NCBI GenBank assembly: GCA_964016885.1
Contig: OZ024743.1
Span: 230,640,001-230,704,000 of the forward strand
DNA length: 64,000 nt
Direction: 5' to 3'
From: Eledone cirrhosa
Taxonomy: Eukaryota
Part shown: positions 49,233 through 60,486 of the stretch, piece after piece
Numbering within the stretch: position 1 is the stretch's first letter
Layout: each line of letters begins with the position of its first letter
The notes under the pieces: model-generated
Told to the model about the DNA's origin: nothing
Databases searched by the model: none
Seen by the model: only the letters and a program-made list of their open reading frames with translations
Translations under genes and position numbers: made by a program

Positions 49233-52200
49233 TTACAGACACATACTCAGAGAAGGCCCATTCATTCGGGCCATACTTGCTTCTCTCACCCATCTTTCAA
49301 CAAAATGCTGGGAAGAGAGCACTTCTCTCTCTACCCTGATTTTCCTTTTCAAATGAAATTTGAAAAAGTTAATCAGGGCATCACCGAAGAGGTAAGTGCT
49401 CGTCTTCAGCCCTTTCAAACGTGTCCACCATACTATCTCTTTCGCCATGGCCACCAGACAGATAAAAACTGCCTGCCCTTCCAGGCTAAAGGAAGTGGGC
49501 GGGGCAATCCTCACGATGGACTCAGCTGATAGCTGGATCCGTCCTACACGTGACAGCAGGTGTTCGACATAAACCCACAAGTCAGCAATGCTCGGACACT
49601 GGACGAGTGCGTGCAGGACGGTTTCGTCGCCCTGCGCGCATCTCGGACATGCCCGGCTGACGGCACCTCCATGCTTGTAGAGTTTATCCCGAACTGGCAA
49701 AGCTCCTCGGTAGCACTGCCAGGCCAGGGATTTCTGGAAGTTGTCCATAGGCCCCGGCCCGAAAGTCCTTCCGAAGAGATTGGCTAGATGATTTTCTTCG
49801 ACGCCTAGAGTTTCTCCAAGTACGTCGTCGCTCTTCCCCTCCACTAATCTCCTATAGAACGCCAAGGTGGAGTTTCCACCGATCACATTGCCCGATTGGT
49901 CGAGGGCTGTGAGCGCCTGAAGACATTCCAGTCTCCAAGCGCTCCCTCTCGGTCTCCGCTTGACCCAGGACTGCAGCTCCGTCAAGGAGAGGAGCTGGGG
50001 AAAAACGTGTCTTGCAAACGGCGACCACACCTGATCACCGTCGAGGAAGAGGTGGAGATGTCGTAGCCTGAGCGCGTGTCTGCGCATCATCAGCCACGGC
50101 ATGCCCAGCCCTCCACGTAGCGGGTGTTGACAGCAGATGGACCGCCTGACCATCGGAGCGCGTCCCTTCCACAAGAAGCGAAAGAGCAAACGCTCCAGCG
50201 CAGTCAGGCGGGGCTTAGGACAAGGTACGACGGTCAGGCGGTAGTAGATGACAGATGCGATGTACGCATTCGCCACCTCCGCTCGACCTTTCAGGGATAG
50301 CTTCCTCTCGGCCCATTTCTGGGTGAGAGAAGCCACCCTGCTCGTCACCTCGTCCCAGTTTTTGTTCGTCTGGAGGTCTGGACCGAACCAGACCCCTAGC
50401 AATTTAACCGGTACGTCCGTCCAGCGCCCGACGACGCTGTTGGACGGCATGGACTTGCCACTCCAGGTGCCGAGCTGCAGGCCCACTGACTTTTCCTGGT
50501 TGATCATTGCTCCTGTCACCGCTTCGTATTCTCTTAGTGTAGTGCCGATCGCCTCGATGTGTTTGGCGTTCGACACCACTACGGTGACATCGTTCGCATA
50601 TGCTGACACGGATCTTCCGCATCCTAGTTCGCGCGGGACCCCCTCAACGTCTCCAGTTTGTGCAGTAATGGCTCGAGAGTCAATACGTACAAGAGGGACG
50701 AGAGGGGACATCCTTGGCGGACCGAGCCCATGATGTTGAACGGTTCCGAAAGGTGACCGTTCACTCTCACTACAGAGCAGATGTTGCTGTGCATGGCAGC
50801 GATCCAGCCTCTAAAGACGGGCCCAAAGCCAGCCGCCCTCAGGACTGCCGTTAGGTAACGATGGTCGACCCTATCGAAGGCTTTTGACTGATCTAAATTG
50901 ATCAAAGACCCACCCGTGCCAGGTTCCCTAGCTACCCTCTCTAAAATGTATCGCATGAGGTGGAGGTTGTCGTGGATGGATCTGTTGGGAATGGCGCATG
51001 TCTGTGCCTCTCCCACCAGACCACCAACGACAAGCACCAACCTCTTTGCTAGCACCTTGGCCAAAATCTTGAACTCTGTGTTTAGCAGAGTTATGGGCCT
51101 AAAATTATCTATGTTATCCCCCTTGTTCGGATCCTTTCTCAGCAGCGCCACCGCTCCTCGGCTCACAGAGCTGGGAATTCTCCCGTTCTGTTGCCAGTTG
51201 CAGTAGACGTCCGCCAAGAGGCCTCCGAACAAGTTTGGCATTTGTACGTAAAGTTCATAGGGCAGACCATCCAAACCAGGAGATTTACCCCTTGTGCAAC
51301 TAGTCATTGCATCCCGTACTTCAGCGGTTGTTATCGGCTTTTCGCAACACTCCGCCTCAGTGGCTGAAAGCCGCGGCAGTCCGTCGAGGTAGACACTAAA
51401 GTCCATCCCTCGATCCGGCCCGCCACTGCCCCCGAACAGTTGAGCGAAGTGTCGCTGAAAAGCTTCACACATTTGCCCGGGATCGAGTAGCATGCGCCCG
51501 TCGTGGTCCACCAAAGACCGGATCGTGGCTTTGTTGCCACGACGCGCCTCCGCCACTCGGGCCCATTGAACGGCTTTCGTCCCCTCGTGTCTGAGAGCAC
51601 GCACCCTAGCTCTGACAACGCAGCCTTCGTGCTTTGCATTGAAGAATTGGTCAAGGGCCAATTTCGCCGCAAGTACGTCGGTCGCGATGCCTTTGCTAAG
51701 CGCCTCATCTAATTTTCTAACTAATTCTCCCTCTGCTCTATTTTTCTCTATTGCTAAAGTCTTACTAAACCTAATGTACTCTATTCTAATTGCTCTTTTC
51801 AGAGCAAACCACCACTTGTTGTTGACGATGGCCCCCGTCAACGCCCGCTTAACTAGTTCGCTAATCCGGTCTCTGTAGGCCTTGCGCGCTGGTAAGGACG
51901 CGTTTAGCTTCCAGTAGCCGGGTCCTCGTCTATGAAGCTTATCTAAGTCAAGCACACAGATCACGAATTTGTGGTCCGTGTAGCTGACTATCTTGAATTG
52001 TGGACAGCCTATGCTAGACCTATCTATTTCCCTACAAAATACTCTATCTAGATATGATCTGGATGACCCTATGCGATTTGTCCAAGTCCACATTGGTACA
52101 TTCAGGAAATCCATTCGGTACCTGTCAGACAGCTCAAAACGTCTGAGCAGGTTGGTGAGACTCTTGCACCCTCCTTCCCTATCCACTAATCCCACACAAT

Positions 52201-52651
52201 CCCAGCGTGCATCTAAGATCCCGTTCCAGTCGCCCACTAACACTAAAGAGCAGGACGTTCCAAGAAAGGTCTCCAGACGCCGGAAGAAATCAGGCCGCCC
52301 TGCTCCTGTCGGGGCATAGACGGCCACTAACCTGAAAGCTTGCCCGTCTCCGCTGGTCACGTCCAGCACCACCAACTTACCTTCTGGGTCCAGGAAGATG
52401 GCCCGTATGGCAAGATCCAAACCTCTCCGAAAAAGCACAGCAACTCTTCCCCCCGATCCCGGACGGCTGGGAGATGCGTACACATCGTAGCCGCCGAAGA
52501 TCGGTGCGAAAGCCTGTGCTTCGGAGATTCTGGTCTCGCTGATGGCCACTACATCTATGTTTAGTGACCTGAGGTCGTTGAGCAGGTGGCCCTGCTTCCA
52601 TGACGACCCCAAGCCACGCGCATTTATGCTGCCTATTCTGAGTGAGGTCAT
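49233..52651 (-). pseudogene. Tx1 ORF2 (APE-RT), one frameshift
   Basis: 675-aa and 492-aa overlapping ORFs; a C-run near 50639 is one base shorter than in copy A. Confidence 0.9.
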
Positions 52652-52685
52652 GTTGAAAAGGAGTGGAAAAGATGGGAAAGTTCAC

Positions 52686-54505
52686 TTACCTTACTTCTCG
52701 TAGGGGAAGGACGGCTTTTCCATCCTTTTCACTGCTTGTGGCCTCCTCAGGAAGGATGTCCTTATAAATCCTCCTGGATAGTGCTTGTCGGAAGTCTCTG
52801 ATGACTTTGGGGAATTTTTGTTTTAGTGTCATGTACTTTTTCTGTGTGATGCGAGTGATTTGTATGTGTGGAGGTGGTGTGAATTTTGGGGTTGTTGTGT
52901 AGTCTTTTTCTGTGATGCTGGTGTTGTGTTGGATGTAGTGTAATAATTGCTTGTTGTTCAAATTTAATGCTGTGTAGTGTGTATCGTTTTGGTTGTTTCG
53001 TTTTGTTTGCGTTTGTTGTGGGTTTATTTCTGTTTCGCATTTTGGTGACTTTTGTGGTGTAGGTGATGGTGGTGTTGGAGTTAATGATGGTGATGGTGTT
53101 GGTGTTTGGGTTGATGGGGTTGGTGATGCTGGTGTGGATGGTGGCATATCTGTCCTAACTTTTTTGTTTCTTAGTTTATTTGTTTCCCTCTGTAATTTGT
53201 TTTTGGAGGGGGAAGGAAGAGAATTTTTTCTTTTTTGGTTTCTTTTTTTTTTCCGGATATCGTTTCCCACTCCTCGTCGTCACAATCTGTCTCCAGTTGT
53301 GATAGGCCGGGGAGTGGAAAATCCTCCACAGCCGTTAGTTTTGGTTGTGGTGTGGTGGATGGTGTAGGCGCTGGTGCTAGTTCTGAAGCGTTGGGTGGTG
53401 GTGGTGTTGGTTTTGCTGGTGGTGGTAGTGGTGTTGGTTTTGCTACTGTTGCTGGGGTTGTTGCTGTTATAGTTGCTTCTGTTGTTGCTGCTACAGTTGT
53501 TGCTGCCATCTCTGCTACTGGTGGTGTTGATGGTTGTGTCACTGGGGTGGGTAGGAGAGGTGGCCTCAACCTTTTAGCCTGAGGGCAGAAAGCCCTTAGG
53601 TGGGTTCCTTCACCACAAACGACACACCTAGGTCTTCTGTCCTCGACAATTACCGTGAGGTGGCTGCCGTCAGTGAGGTCTATTACCTCTGGGATTTCCT
53701 CAGTGCTTTTTTGGTCCGCTTGGATCAGGAGCTCCATCCCAGATCCGGACCAGTTTTCCTGCTTTTCTTTTGCTACTGCTATTATTTTTGTGTTGGCTTC
53801 GATGCCGGCGAGAACAGCCGCTATTAGCCAGGGAATTTCGATGGCCGGTGGAACGTGGGTCACCCTGATCTTTACGAGTCTCTGGCCACAATAGCTTGGG
53901 ACGAGTGTGAGGTCGTCACTTTTTAATGGGGCCATGGAGTGTTCTCTAGACTCCTCTGGTGTTTCAAAGAACACATCCACGGTTCCATACTTTTGCCCAC
54001 GTCTGATGTGGGTTTTTCTTGCCCACACTTGTCCCAAAGCTTTTTGCATTTGGATCTCGGATGCCCGTTCCACTCGGCGCGATTTTACATTTATTGTTCT
54101 ATACGACACGGTGCACAGGCGCCGATGCTCCATTTTATTAGGTGGGGGGTGAGGCTGACCCTGTACCCATCTTTCTTTACCATTTGTTTGGCATTTTCTA
54201 AATCTTCTTGAGTTACCGTGAACGCTTCGAATTGTTTTGCTACGATGGCGAAACTGAGGGTCGGTTTTATAATGTCATTGTTGTTGTTGTTGCTATCGTT
54301 ATTTGTGTTAATCTTAATTTTTGTTTCAGTTGTGGTGGTGGTGACGTCATTCATCTTTGGTGCGGAAGAGTCCATTTTGCTTGATTTCATTTCGACATCA
54401 CGAGTTAATTTATTTTTTTCTTCTTTTGTTTCTGTTGTCGCGGTGGTGGTGGGGGTGGTGGTTGTCGCGGTGGTGGTGGTGGAGGCTTTAACACCTGCAG
54501 TCATT
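52686..54505 (-). pseudogene. Tx1 ORF1 variant (CCHC knuckle), frameshifted
   Basis: ORF pieces 54807-54091, 54133-53171 and 53270-52686; homologous to but divergent from copy C ORF1. Confidence 0.8.
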
Positions 54506-54657
54506 GGTAATGGCGGGAAATGAATGTCTACCTGAGACAAATTTAAAATATTGCTACTGCTTATATTTTTTTTTGTGTTGGCAAACGTAGTAACATTTAC
54601 AATGGTGGTGTCGGTGTGAGGTGTTATTTTGTGAGGAAGGCTTAATAATAATAATAA

Positions 54658-57600
54658 TGGAAGAAGACGCACGAGGTGGCGGAGGTCATGAAATCGCTCC
54701 CGTAAGTTTTGAATTTTTAACATATTTAAATCATTTGTGAAATAACAACTCTTAGTACAAATGCTACGTAAAGCAGCCGGCTTGAGCCCCAAAAAATTCG
54801 GACCCAAAATATATTGTTATAAGGCTCAAATATTCAAATATTCAACTTTGTATTGTACACAGTATATCCAAAAAAGAAAATGGCTATAAATGGAAGAAGA
54901 ACTCCCCCCCCCCTCCTCTCCTCTGTCTACACTATATAGGACAGCCAAACTCACCAACACCAGAAACTAGATACACCACCCACCCCATCATCTGTGTACA
55001 CTAAACACAACAGCCAGATAACGGCATTTTCACCTTCACCACCACCGCTCACTACGGCCATCATTACCACCACTATCCCATCACCGCCGCCACCACCCCT
55101 TCACTTCTTCACTGCTGCCACCGCTACAGCACCACCACTACAGTAATACGGTCACATCACCGCCACCACTGCCTCGGTATCGACATCACCACCACCACTG
55201 TCTCAGTATCGCTACCGCCGTCAGTCTCCCACTTCTCCCTGCTGGCTGCTACTTCCACATTATAGAATTCCTACTACTAACAAAGAGGAAGGCATCAAAA
55301 TATATAGATAGACTCAAAAGAAAAAAGAAAAAACAAACAACAAAACCAAAGCAGCACAGCAACAACAGCAAAAACGAGAAAAACAAACAGAGAAAAACAA
55401 AAACAAAAAAAGAAACCCCAAAAACGTAAAGAAAATAAGAATGAAGAGAGAAGCAGGCGGACGGACAGAGAAGAGGGGGGAAAAACTAAAACTTAAAAAA
55501 CAAAAACTAAGTCAGACATTCGAACACTACATTACAATGAAACTTATGCTTATTCATTTTTGGGGCCCTTTCTGCCTGTGTGTTTGTTTGTTTATGTGTG
55601 TTCGTATACAGCGTGGTGATAATGCCACACAAGGGCCAAGTGGGATGGCGGATCCACAGATGGCTAAGTAATCATACATTCGCCAATCCTCGAGAAGAGT
55701 GTTTAAATATCGAACATAAACAGTTCGAATAACGGTGAAATGGAGACTAGAACGTCATGTGACAGACTCTCACCCAACAGGTGCCCCCTGGCTCAGCAGC
55801 AGGAACCTGACTGTCAACCAAATACTGCTGATGTTGGAGGAAGAAGAAGAAGGAAAGGGGCCACAACCAACTGGACGAAAGAATTGAATAGAACTGCTAT
55901 GCAATGCTACCTGAAAAGTAACCCCAAGGAGAGGGGCTACAGGAGACGGATGCATAACATCTGGAACGAGATTGGTTTATTTAAATTAGATGAACAAAAA
56001 CTGGCCGGGCAGGCTCGGGTAATAAGAACTAATGGGTGGATAAGCGAGGTGGAACTGGAGGAACTGAGCAGAGAGAATGGCTTGGAGATGGCGGGTGTAG
56101 TATGCCAGACAAGCGAGCCAGTGGGAAATGAAGGTGAAGAGGTCCTGAGAACGGAGGAACCACCCGAAGCAGACAATGATCTGAATACTGAGATAAATAA
56201 TACCTGGAACAGAGATACAGCCACTGAGGAGATGAATGCTGAATGGGCTAGGACAAGATTCGGTTGAATCCTAAATTTAGTGGTAGATGAATTGAACAAT
56301 GATAGTGGGAGACCTATGAACCTAAGATTTGTAGACAGGAAAAAGTTAAAAGAAACAACAGCTAAGGTAAACAAAGTCATCCCATACCTTGAGGCGAGGA
56401 GCCTTCACCAGTGCAACAATATCCTCAAAGCAACAGCAAATACGGTGAGGAAACAACTTGGTATAAAAGCGAGAGGAAACAACAGACAAGAAAGAGCAGA
56501 GCCGTGGTGGAAGAAGCGACTGAGTGGGCAAATCGGGGAAATGAGAAATGACATAGGAAAGCTTGTCACTACTGAATGGGACACTAAAAAACATAGGCAC
56601 TAAAAATAGGCTGGAAATAAAATACAAAACTAGGAGTAAAAAGCTAAATATTATCATAGAGGAATTGAAGCAATGCATTGTAGCAAAGAGTGCAAAAATC
56701 AGGCGATACGAGAACAGAGTCAGTCAGTATAAACAGAACCGCATGTTCGACAACAACCAGAAGATGCTGTTTGGACAGCTTGAGGGGAAAGAAAGAGGCA
56801 ACGACTTGATCCCTGGGGCGGAACAAACTAAAACATTCTGGAGAGGAATATGGGAGTAGGATGTTAGACATAATGCCCAGGCATTGTGGATTGAGACAGT
56901 ACAGAGGGAGATCGGTGAGCAGGCACAACAACAAACTGATTTGAGTATCACAGTTGAAACTCTTAAGGGGCAGGCCCAAAAACTAACCAACTGGAAATCA
57001 CCAGGCCCAGATGGTGTGCAGGGGTATTGGATTAAACATTTAACATCCCTCCACCCGAAGCTGACGGCCATGTTCAATGACTGCTTGGTGTCGGGTGAGG
57101 TGCCAGAGTGGTTGACAAAAGGTACCACAGTTCTGATAATGAAAGACCGAATCAAGGGTAATGATGTTACCAACTATAGACCTATCACATGTCTGTCCGT
57201 AATGTGGAAACTGTTGACGAGCATTGTGTCTGAGGAAATCTACCATCACCTCCACACAAACAACTTGTTACCGGACGAACAGAAAGGATGCCGAAAGAAG
57301 TCACGTGGTACAAAGGACCAGTTACTTATTGATAAGATGGTAATGGGGAATTGCAGGAGGAGACACACTGATCTTGCCATGGGATGGATAGACTACAGAA
57401 AGGCATTTGACATGGTGCCTCATTCTTGGATCACCAAAAGCCTGGAGATCTTCAGGGTGGCAGATAACATCAGACAGTTGCTGGGCAGGAGTATGGGGTC
57501 CTGGGAGACAGAGTTGACATCAACTGGAGTATCCTTGGGAAGCGTGAAGATCAAGAGAGGTATCTTCCAGGGAGATAGCCTGTCCCCTCTGTTGTTTGTC

Positions 57601-59206
57601 CTTGCCCTAATGCCCTTGACCATTATGCTGCGAAAAGTGAGAGCAGGATACAAGTTGGGAAGGGGAGAGCTTACCATCAATCTCCTCCTCTTCATGGACG
57701 ATCTTAAGCTCTTCGGGAAAAGTGAGAAGGAGTTGGATGTGCTTGTTGACACTGTCCGTATTTTCAGCAGTGATATATGTATGCAGTTTGGTATTGGTAA
57801 ATGTGGAGTCATTGTGATGAGGAGGGGTAGGTTGAGCAGAAGTAGCGGGATCCAGATACCAACAGGTGAGATGATAAAGGAAATTGACTCTGAGGAAGGA
57901 TACAAGTATTTGGGCGTTCTGGAGGCTGATGGCATAAAGAACAAAAAAATGAAGGAATTGTTAAGAACTGAATACATTCAGAGAGTAAGGAGCGTATTGA
58001 AGTCACATCTGAACAGCAGAAATGCCATAAGCGCAGTAAATTCCCGAGCTGTGTCTATTATTAGGTACAGTGCGGGAATTCTGAGATGGTATGTTGCTGA
58101 ACAAAAAGAAATGGATAGGAAGACTAGGAAGCTATTGACTATCTACAACATGTTCCACAAGAGGAGTGATGTCGATAGACTCTACCTAAGGAGATCTGAG
58201 GGTGGAAGAGGTCTTATCAGCATAGAGGACTGTGTTCAGATGGAGAAAAACAACCTATACAAATACGTGACCTATAGTAAGGAGCCAATGCTCAAAACTG
58301 TACTGAAGGAGGGGACAGTAGGCCAGGGGATGTCCAAGCAGGAAATAACATCAAGGAGGAAGAGCAGCCTTAAGGGAAAATCCCTTCATAGTACCTTCTT
58401 TGAGAAAACTGAATTTAGAGATCCACAGACATGGAACTGGTTGAGAAGAGGAGACCTCAAAAAGGCTACAGAAGGAATGATAATGGCTGCGCAGGAGCAG
58501 GCCCTCAAAACGAAGTGGTTGAAGCACCATATTTACAAGGAGGAGGCTAGCCCACTGTGCAGGATCTGTGGAGAGAGAGAGGAGACTGTGGCTCACATTT
58601 TGTCCGAGTGTAAACACCTAGCCCAGACCCACTATAAGGGCTGGAGACACGATGTGATGGGCAGGGTGATCCACTGGCACCTGTGCAAAGTAAACAATTT
58701 ACCACACTCTGAGAAATGGTATGAGCATAGGCCGGAGGCGGTGATGGAGAACAATCAGGTGAAGGTGCTGTGGGATTTTAGGATACAGACGGACAAAAAA
58801 CTGGAACACATTAGACCTGACCTGGTGGTTGTGGACAAAGAAAAAAGATCGTGTCTGATTGTGGATGTGGCCTGCCCGTTCGACACGAGAGTGCAAGAGA
58901 AGGAGAGGGAGAAAATTAACCGATACCAGGACCTAAAGTGGGAGGTGAAAAGGATTTGGAACTGCCATGAAGTCAAAGTGATCCCGATTGTCATAGGCGC
59001 ACTGGGGACTATCTCCAAAAGTTTCCAGGGATGGTTAAAGAAAATCGGCCCCTTCACGCTTTTTGGAACGCTTCAAAAAGCATGCTTGCTTGGAACAGCA
59101 AGAACCCTCCGATACGTCCTGAATATCTGAGGCTGCAGGTAGTGGCTTGATATTCATTCCAACGGACTTCCCAGTTAACCAACATCAATGACTGAGATTC
59201 AAGGAA
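54658..59206 (+). mobile_element. R4/Dong-like RLE LINE, family G, copy 2 (full length, best preserved)
   Basis: 5' UTR from 54658; ORF 55740-59130 with a few N-terminal lesions; flanked by (AAT)n at 54644-54657 and 59207-59250. Confidence 0.93.
56884..59130 (+). CDS. RT + CCHC zinc finger + restriction-like endonuclease (C-terminal part of the single ORF)
   Basis: WKSPGPDG, NYRPITC, DYRKAFD, QGDSLSP, FMDD, CRICGEREETVAHILSEC, RHD, RPDLVV, VDVACP, EKINRY; 748 aa open. Confidence 0.9.
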   Translation: MWIETVQREIGEQAQQQTDLSITVETLKGQAQKLTNWKSPGPDGVQGYWIKHLTSLHPKLTAMFNDCLVSGEVPEWLTKGTTVLIMKDRIKGNDVTNYRPITCLSVMWKLLTSIVSEEIYHHLHTNNLLPDEQKGCRKKSRGTKDQLLIDKMVMGNCRRRHTDLAMGWIDYRKAFDMVPHSWITKSLEIFRVADNIRQLLGRSMGSWETELTSTGVSLGSVKIKRGIFQGDSLSPLLFVLALMPLTIMLRKVRAGYKLGRGELTINLLLFMDDLKLFGKSEKELDVLVDTVRIFSSDICMQFGIGKCGVIVMRRGRLSRSSGIQIPTGEMIKEIDSEEGYKYLGVLEADGIKNKKMKELLRTEYIQRVRSVLKSHLNSRNAISAVNSRAVSIIRYSAGILRWYVAEQKEMDRKTRKLLTIYNMFHKRSDVDRLYLRRSEGGRGLISIEDCVQMEKNNLYKYVTYSKEPMLKTVLKEGTVGQGMSKQEITSRRKSSLKGKSLHSTFFEKTEFRDPQTWNWLRRGDLKKATEGMIMAAQEQALKTKWLKHHIYKEEASPLCRICGEREETVAHILSECKHLAQTHYKGWRHDVMGRVIHWHLCKVNNLPHSEKWYEHRPEAVMENNQVKVLWDFRIQTDKKLEHIRPDLVVVDKEKRSCLIVDVACPFDTRVQEKEREKINRYQDLKWEVKRIWNCHEVKVIPIVIGALGTISKSFQGWLKKIGPFTLFGTLQKACLLGTARTLRYVLNI

Positions 59207-59210
59207 TAAC

Positions 59211-59250
<40 letters not shown>

Positions 59251-59251
<1 letters not shown>

Positions 59252-59727
59252 GACCGAAAAATAGATGCAAATAGACCTGATATAATATTGAAGGACTTTC
59301 AAAGGAGGGTATGCCTGCTAATTGATATGTCTGTTCCAATAGACTAGAATGTATCTATAAAAACATTTGAAAAATTGAGCAAGTATAAGGACCTGGAGAT
59401 AGAAATTGGAAAAATGTGGAAATTGAGAACTAAAACAATACCAGTGATTGTAGGCGCTCTGGGAATGATACCTAAGGGGTCTAACGACTACTTATCGCAA
59501 ATCCCAGGAAACCCGCGTATAGGAGAAATACAAAAGATAGTACTAATGGGAACTGCCCATATACTAAGGAAGATCCTGTCAATATAAGTACATCACAAGT
59601 CTAAACACTAAGGATGCATGTGTGAATATGTGTGTTCTTTCTTGAACATGGCGGACCTTGTTGTCTCTTGAGGTCACTGGTTGTGACTTGGTGATAACTC
59701 GTATAAACATAAAGCAAGATAAATGCA
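59251..59727 (+). mobile_element. 5'-truncated family F Dong-like copy between (AAT)n tracts
   Basis: Near-identical to 43250-43728. Confidence 0.92.
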
Positions 59728-59747
59728 AATAATAATAATAATAATAA

Positions 59748-60460
59748 TGTTTTCTTTATTAACCACAAGGGTTTACATAAAGTAGACATTAAGGACAGTA
59801 CAGGACAATACAGGACGGTACAAAAGGGCATTTCTGCGTGTAAAAAACAGAGGTTGAAATAAAATAACAAAGAAAAATTCCCCAATAGGGGGAGACTTCG
59901 GAGGGACATTTGTGGAGAAAGCCCAGTAAAAAGCCACAATGACCCTGACCACCAAGGCAAGTGCCCTCTCCCAGTTTACCACCTTTAATTTACAGACGCA
60001 TACTCAGAGTAGGCCCATTCACTCGGGCCATACTTGCTTCTCTCACACATCTTTCAACAAAATGCTGGGAAGAGAGCACTTCCCTCTCTACCCTGATTTT
60101 CCTTTTCAAATGAAATTTGAAAAAGTTTATCAGGGCATCACCGAAGAGGTAAGTGCTTGTCTTCAGCCCTTTCAAACGTGTCCACCATACTATCTCTTTC
60201 GCCATGGACACCAGACAGATAAAAACTGCCTGCCCTTCCCGGCTAAAGGAAGGGGGCGGGGCAATCCTCACGATGGACTCAGCTGATAGCTGGATCCGTC
60301 CTACACGTGACAGCAGGTGTTCGACATAAACCAACAAGTCAGCAATGCTCGGACACTGGACGAGTGCGTGCAGGACGGTTTCGTCGCCCTGCGCGCATCT
60401 CGGACATGCCCGGCTGACGGCACCTCCATGCCTGTAGAGTTTATCCCGAACTGGCAAAGT
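59748..60460 (-). mobile_element. 5'-truncated Tx1 family A copy E between (AAT)n tracts
   Basis: ORF2 C-terminus at 60457-59990 plus 3' UTR; (AAT)n at 59728-59747 and 60463-60485. Confidence 0.92.
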
Positions 60461-60486
60461 TTATAATAATAATAATAATAATAATT

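Larger units (their letters stand above)
48990..54643 (-). mobile_element. Tx1 family A, copy D, between (AAT)n tracts
   Basis: ORF2 52651-49233 with a single frameshift near 50640; ORF1 ~54505-52686 with CVVCGEGTHLRAFC; (AAT)n at 48929-48988 and 54644-54657. Confidence 0.93.
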
